A stretch of 20,070 nucleotides of DNA from Prochlorococcaceae cyanobacterium jk18x22bins.40 (GTDB taxonomy: Bacteria; Cyanobacteriota; Cyanobacteriia; PCC-6307; Cyanobiaceae). The position numbers and the translations under genes are program-made. The notes beneath the pieces are model-generated. The model worked only from the letters and a program-made list of their open reading frames with translations. It was not told where the DNA came from and made no database searches. The stretch spans positions 1 to 20,070 of the forward strand of contig JAJDVL010000005.1 of assembly GCA_022826155.1 (NCBI GenBank), written 5' to 3'. Below are positions 15,976 to 20,070 of the stretch, one piece after another (within the stretch, counting starts at the first letter, position 1; every line of letters begins with the position of its first letter).

Positions 15976-17100
15976 TCACCCGGCAAGTGGCGTCGCCGGA
16001 CGGCGATAGAAGGGACGACGCGCCACACGGGCGGCCACCTGCTGGCCCCGCACCTGCACCAACAGGTCTGTACCGGGTTTGGCCATGGCGGGGGGCACGT
16101 AACCCAGGGCAACGGCATGTCCCAGGCTGGGGGACCAGGCGCCGCTGGTGACCACGCCAACGATGGTGCCCGTGGCGTCCAGGATGGAATGACCCTGCCG
16201 GGCAATGGCGCGCCCCCGCAGGGTGAGCCCCACCAGCCGCCGTGGCGCACCCGTCCGGGTTTGGGCTTCCAAAACCTCGCGACCGATGAAGGGATGGGGC
16301 ATTTCCAGATGCACCAACCAGCCCAGGGAGGCCTCCAAGGGGGTGTGGCGGGTGTCCATGTCCTGGCCATAGAGGTGGAGGGCAGCCTCAAGGCGCAGGG
16401 TGTCCCGTGCGGCCAGTCCACAGGGCTGCACCCCGTGCTCCAGCAGCTCCTGCCACAACCGTTGCCCCCCTTCACGGGACAACAACACCTCCACGCCGTC
16501 CTCGCCGGTGTATCCGGTGCGAGCCAGAAACACCAGCTCATCTCCCCAGTCCAGTTGGCGATGGCCAAAACGGGGCAGCCCTTGCAGGTCCCAGCCCCGC
16601 AAACGCTCCAGCAGGGGCACGGCCCGGGGACCCTGCAGGGCCAGCAGCACCCCGTCGCCTTTGCGGTCGGAGATGGTGCAGTCCCTGGGCACAAGATGGC
16701 GCTCCAACCAGGCGGTGTCCGCAGCGCAGCGGGCGGCATTGACAACCACCGCCACTTCGTGCCCACCTGCCACCAGGCCACGGTCATAGACGATCAAGTC
16801 ATCAAGGATGCCCCCCTGTTCGTTGAGCAGGACCGTGTACTGGGCTTCCCCTGGTCCGATGCGCCCCAGATCCGAAGGCACCAGGCCCTGGAGGGCATCC
16901 TTCACCGCCGGTCCCCGCAGGGTAAGCACCCCCATATGGGAGATGTCGAATATCCCAACGGCGCTGCGCACAGCCCGGTGCTCCGCCACCACGCCGGTAA
17001 ACTGCAAGGGCATGATCCAGCCGGCAAAGGGACTGAAGCGGGCTCCAGCGGCTTGGGCGGCTTCATGGAGGGGGGTGGTTTTACCAGTGCTGTGATCCAT
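15976..17100 (-). CDS. gcvT: Glycine cleavage system aminomethyltransferase (T-protein)
   Basis: TPLHEAAQAAGARFSPFAGWIMPLQFTGVVAEHRAVRSAVGIFDISHMG...GPGEAQYTVLLNEQGGILDDLIVY...RTGYTGEDGVEV...TLRLEAALHLYGQDMD. Confidence 0.95.
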   Translation of the reverse strand: MDHSTGKTTPLHEAAQAAGARFSPFAGWIMPLQFTGVVAEHRAVRSAVGIFDISHMGVLTLRGPAVKDALQGLVPSDLGRIGPGEAQYTVLLNEQGGILDDLIVYDRGLVAGGHEVAVVVNAARCAADTAWLERHLVPRDCTISDRKGDGVLLALQGPRAVPLLERLRGWDLQGLPRFGHRQLDWGDELVFLARTGYTGEDGVEVLLSREGGQRLWQELLEHGVQPCGLAARDTLRLEAALHLYGQDMDTRHTPLEASLGWLVHLEMPHPFIGREVLEAQTRTGAPRRLVGLTLRGRAIARQGHSILDATGTIVGVVTSGAWSPSLGHAVALGYVPPAMAKPGTDLLVQVRGQQVAARVARRPFYRRPATPLAG

Positions 17101-17160
17101 GGGATCGGAGGAATCGCCGGGATCCTCAGTCTGCCGTGGCGGGGAGAGCGGAGTGTCGGA

Positions 17161-17802
17161 TCAGGGCGCCGGGCGGGGCTGGCTGGTGATCTCCAACACC
17201 TGGTGGATGGTGTCGGGGGTGTCGAGGCACTCCAGGCAGTAGCGGGCCACCAGGCGGCGAGGAATGGTGCCCTGCTGCTGGGTGGCGGCGCCACTGACCA
17301 CCAACTGCTGCTGCTCCAGACGGGCTTCTGTTTCCTTCAGACCCCCTGGCCGCACAACGGTCCAGTCCAGATCGCTGTGCTCCAGGGCCTCCTCTCCCCA
17401 GCGCTTGCACACCAGGATCAGGCCAAACAGGTTGAGATTGTGCCAGAGTTGGCCACTGCACAGGGAACTCACCAGCACCACCCGCGCCACACCGACCTGT
17501 TGACAGGCCTGCGCCTGCCGTTGTACGGCCTGGGTGTCCACTTGAAACGGCCCGAAGAGATTGGCGGATGGCCGCGCCCCTGTGGCCATCACCAGGCTAC
17601 GGCAACCGCGAAGGGCCTCCACAAGCTGGGGCAACCGGCCAAAGTCCAGGCGCCGGATGTCGCAATGGGCCAGGGACGGGGGCAATTTCGAGGCTGGCCG
17701 CACCAGCAGCCGCACGGCCAGGCCCCGGGCCAGGGCTTCTTCGGCAATGCGCAATCCCGTCCGGCCACTGGCGCCACTGACGGCCACAATGTTGCTGTTC
17801 AT
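17161..17802 (-). CDS. NAD(P)-binding (atypical SDR, NAD(P)H-binding) protein
   Basis: VAVSGASGRTGLRIAEEALARGLAVRLLVRPASK...RVVLVSSLCSG...WTVVRPGGL, Rossmann glycine motif and atypical SDR features. Confidence 0.8.
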   Translation of the reverse strand: MNSNIVAVSGASGRTGLRIAEEALARGLAVRLLVRPASKLPPSLAHCDIRRLDFGRLPQLVEALRGCRSLVMATGARPSANLFGPFQVDTQAVQRQAQACQQVGVARVVLVSSLCSGQLWHNLNLFGLILVCKRWGEEALEHSDLDWTVVRPGGLKETEARLEQQQLVVSGAATQQQGTIPRRLVARYCLECLDTPDTIHQVLEITSQPRPAP

Positions 17803-17817
17803 TGTTAGACCAGGATT

Positions 17818-18585
17818 TCAGCGCAATTGGAATGGTATTGTAACAAGCACCGTGATGGTGTCCCTGACTTTTGCCAGTTCATCAGGGAAAACAGGCAAAG
17901 GCTGGGCGCGTTGAATCAGCGCCAAAGCTTCCTTGTCGAGCAGGGTGTTACCACTGCTGCGCTCCAGCCCATAACTCAAAACTTCACCACGGCGATTCAC
18001 GATAAACTTCACCAGGACTGTCCCCTCATCCCCACGATACTCCGCACGGCGAGGATAGCGTTTATGTTTGTTCAACCAGTGATGGGCAGTCTTGCCGTAC
18101 TGGCTCCGTAATTGCGCCAAGTCCACGGTATCCAGAACAGACGTGGGCGCCGCCGCCGTAGTCGGGGTTGCAGGCGTCTCCGGGGTGGGGGTTCTGTTGT
18201 TGCTGCTGACAGCGGCTGTTGACGGGCTGGGGGGCGTCCGTGGGGTGGCCGCTGGCGTTGGATTGACGGCAGCCACGGATGGTCGCGTCAATGGCTCCTG
18301 CTGGACCGTGGTTGGTACGGGTGCGGGCTGGGGCGGCACAACCTCCGGTGTTGGTGGCGACGCCTCAGGGTCGGGCTGCCTGGCCGCCGGCGATGTGGGG
18401 CGGGGCGCAGGGGTAGGGTGGGCTGGTGCTGGTGGTGGGGTGGCCAGGGATACCAGAACCGGCTTGGGGGGAGGGGGAGCGTTCCGGCGCCCGGACAGGG
18501 TCTGGGGCAGCCGCGCCGCCCCCAGGGCATGAATTGTGAGGGCGGCGGCAAACGCCATGGTCCATTGGCAGGGGGTGAGCGTCAT
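17818..18585 (-). CDS. tonB: TonB-family energy transducer (Pro/Thr-rich spacer, C-terminal TonB domain)
   Basis: N-terminal hydrophobic anchor, PPPPKP / PTPAPRP spacer, C-terminal HKRYPRRAEYRGDEGTVLVKFIVNRRGEVLSYGLERSSGNTLLDKEALALIQRAQPLPVFP; directly downstream of exbB-exbD-exbD. Confidence 0.82.
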   Translation of the reverse strand: MTLTPCQWTMAFAAALTIHALGAARLPQTLSGRRNAPPPPKPVLVSLATPPPAPAHPTPAPRPTSPAARQPDPEASPPTPEVVPPQPAPVPTTVQQEPLTRPSVAAVNPTPAATPRTPPSPSTAAVSSNNRTPTPETPATPTTAAAPTSVLDTVDLAQLRSQYGKTAHHWLNKHKRYPRRAEYRGDEGTVLVKFIVNRRGEVLSYGLERSSGNTLLDKEALALIQRAQPLPVFPDELAKVRDTITVLVTIPFQLR

Positions 18586-18591
18586 GGAGCG

Positions 18592-19035
18592 TTAGCGACG
18601 GTCCGCAATGGTCAGAAGCTGAAGTTGGTCAATCCCGACCTCCCGCAGGCGACTCATCACCGCCACCACCTTAGTGGCCTCTACCGCTGCCGAAGCCCGC
18701 AGAACCAGGGGTGAATCCATGGTCCCCACGTCAGGGTGCCGGGCCATGGCAAGCTGCAGGCTTTCCTGAGGCACGATCTGGGCATTGAGGAAAAGGCGGC
18801 CCTGGGCATCCATGGACAGGATCACGGCCTGGGGGGAAGACGGATCCTGGCTGGCGGAAAGGGGAGGCTCGATCTTCATTTGCTCCGCTGTCAGCTTCCC
18901 TGCCAGCATGAAAAAGATCAACAGCAGAAACACCATGTTGATGAGGGGCAGCACCCGCTCGTCGTCGTTCTTCTCGCCTCTCCCTTGCAGGCCTATGGGG
19001 AGAAGGCCCATGGGGCGTCGCCTTTGAAGGTGCAT
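18592..19035 (-). CDS. exbD: ExbD/TolR family protein (second ExbD) with Asn at the channel Asp position
   Basis: NDERVLPLINMVFLLLIFFMLAGKLTAEQMKIEPP...; ATG at 19035 lies just after the preceding exbD stop. The ORF track start at 19092 would overlap that gene by 53 nt. Confidence 0.82.
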   Translation of the reverse strand: MHLQRRRPMGLLPIGLQGRGEKNDDERVLPLINMVFLLLIFFMLAGKLTAEQMKIEPPLSASQDPSSPQAVILSMDAQGRLFLNAQIVPQESLQLAMARHPDVGTMDSPLVLRASAAVEATKVVAVMSRLREVGIDQLQLLTIADRR

Positions 19036-19039
19036 GGGC

Positions 19040-19444
19040 TCATTCCCCCGGCGTTGCTTCCAGAAAAGACACCTGACTGGCTCCTGCGCCACGCAACTGG
19101 TCCAGCACAGTTACGATGCGTTGTAAAGGCACCCCGTCTGCAGGTTCGAGGGCCACCTGCCGCTGCGGTTGAAGCGCCACCTGTTCCCGCAACTGCGCCA
19201 GGGAAACGGGTTGACCGTCCAGTTGCAGGATATCCCGGCTGATGGTCACCAGCAACGCCCTGTCTCGTACTTGCGTGGGAGTGGCGTTCCTGTCCACCAC
19301 GCGGAGGTCAATCATATTGGTGCTCTGCAGGTTGGAGACCAGCATAAAGAAGATGAGCAGGATAAAGACAACGTCAATCAACGGTGTCAAGCTGACGGCG
19401 GCCCTGGAACGGCGGCCCTGGAACAGCGGGACACGCAACTTCAT
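19040..19444 (-). CDS. exbD: ExbD/TolR family biopolymer transport protein (canonical)
   Basis: VSLTPLIDVVFILLIFFMLVSNLQ, canonical ExbD TM with Asp; ATGA overlap with exbB at 19441-19444. Confidence 0.9.
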   Translation of the reverse strand: MKLRVPLFQGRRSRAAVSLTPLIDVVFILLIFFMLVSNLQSTNMIDLRVVDRNATPTQVRDRALLVTISRDILQLDGQPVSLAQLREQVALQPQRQVALEPADGVPLQRIVTVLDQLRGAGASQVSFLEATPGE

Positions 19445-20070
19445 GGCGTGACCTGCTGATCCTGGGACAGGTCGGTGGTGAACACCCGTGTGGTCACGTC
19501 GGCCAATCCATGGGTGAAATGCTCAACGCGCCCCTCCAGCCAGTTGTGAACGGCCACCACGGGGATGGCAACGCCGAGGCCAACGGCCGTCGTGAGCAGG
19601 GCTTCCCAAATGCCTCCCGAGAGGGTGGACGGGTTGATGGAGTTTTCCGCTTGGGCAATCTGCTGAAAGGCCTTGATCATGCCCAGGACTGTCCCCAGAA
19701 GGCCAAGGAGGGGCGCCAGGGAGGCGGTCACCTCCAGCAGCCGTAAGTTGGCCCTGAGGGAGATCACAAGGGCATGGCTGGCCCGCTCCACCTCCTCCCG
19801 CACCACCGCGGTGGGTATCTGGCGACACTGGCCCCGAATCGCCTGGGCCAGCACAGCGGCAGCAGGGTTGCGGCAACGCCGCGCCACGGCCAACGCCTCG
19901 GTTGATTCCCCCTCCAGGTGCAACGCCAGCGTATGGCGCACCGTCCGCAACTGATTCAACTCAAGGGAAGCAAATTGCCAAACCTTGGCCACCACCACTG
20001 TCAACGCCAGAATCGACATCCCGAGCAACACCACGATCACCGGGCCGCCAGCGCCAATCAACTGCCCCAC
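19441..20070 (-). CDS. exbB: ExbB/TolQ/MotA family proton channel protein (start at or beyond the window edge)
   Basis: LRLLEVTASLAPLLGLLGTVLGMIKAFQQIA...GGIWEALLTTAVGLGVAIPVVAVHNWLEGRVE. Confidence 0.9.
   Translation of the reverse strand: MGQLIGAGGPVIVVLLGMSILALTVVVAKVWQFASLELNQLRTVRHTLALHLEGESTEALAVARRCRNPAAAVLAQAIRGQCRQIPTAVVREEVERASHALVISLRANLRLLEVTASLAPLLGLLGTVLGMIKAFQQIAQAENSINPSTLSGGIWEALLTTAVGLGVAIPVVAVHNWLEGRVEHFTHGLADVTTRVFTTDLSQDQQVTP

Noticed and set aside
16117-17808. 563-aa plus-strand ORF
   Set aside because: Fully antisense to gcvT and the NAD(P)-binding protein gene, both with clear family motifs. Its translation is low-complexity Gly/Gln/Pro-rich, a typical high-GC shadow ORF.
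18200-18530. Proline/threonine-rich repeats as a possible tandem-repeat locus
   Set aside because: Explained as the periplasm-spanning spacer of the TonB-like protein.
1-20070. CRISPR array or other regularly spaced repeats
   Set aside because: No regularly spaced direct repeats were seen by eye anywhere in the window.

Overview
High-GC cyanobacterial chromosome segment. Phycobilisome linker CpcG, a CpcS/CpeS-type lyase and a DUF4912 protein point to a marine Synechococcus-like picocyanobacterium (inference). Most of the window is core-like: tRNA-Ser(CGA), comEC, rarA, phoB/phoR-type two-component pair, ABC1/UbiB-family protein, MscS channel, DUF4912 protein, cpcG, bilin lyase, gcvT, NAD(P)-binding protein and an exbB-exbD-exbD-tonB operon. 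Two AT-richer accessory patches stand out. (1) At 824-3305 lies a compact, translationally coupled three-gene cassette: one MotA/TolQ/ExbB-like channel protein with a long helical C-terminal tail, plus two different ExbD/TolR-like single-TM proteins, each keeping the membrane Asp and sharing a C-terminal '(V/L)xxEGFxx(Y/F)...(I/V)G(Y/W)EP' domain. It sits between an IS982-family transposase and tRNA-Ser and is the best candidate for an undescribed ion-driven (Zorya-like in principle, but not Zorya) membrane system. (2) At 6894-7814 lies a solitary HsdR_N-type PD-(D/E)xK protein with no HsdM/HsdS. Also notable: Asn replacing the channel Asp in the second ExbD of the TonB operon, a ComEC that seems to lack its N-terminal OB-like region, and a hairpin-rich intergenic segment beside tRNA-Ser. 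No CRISPR array was found.
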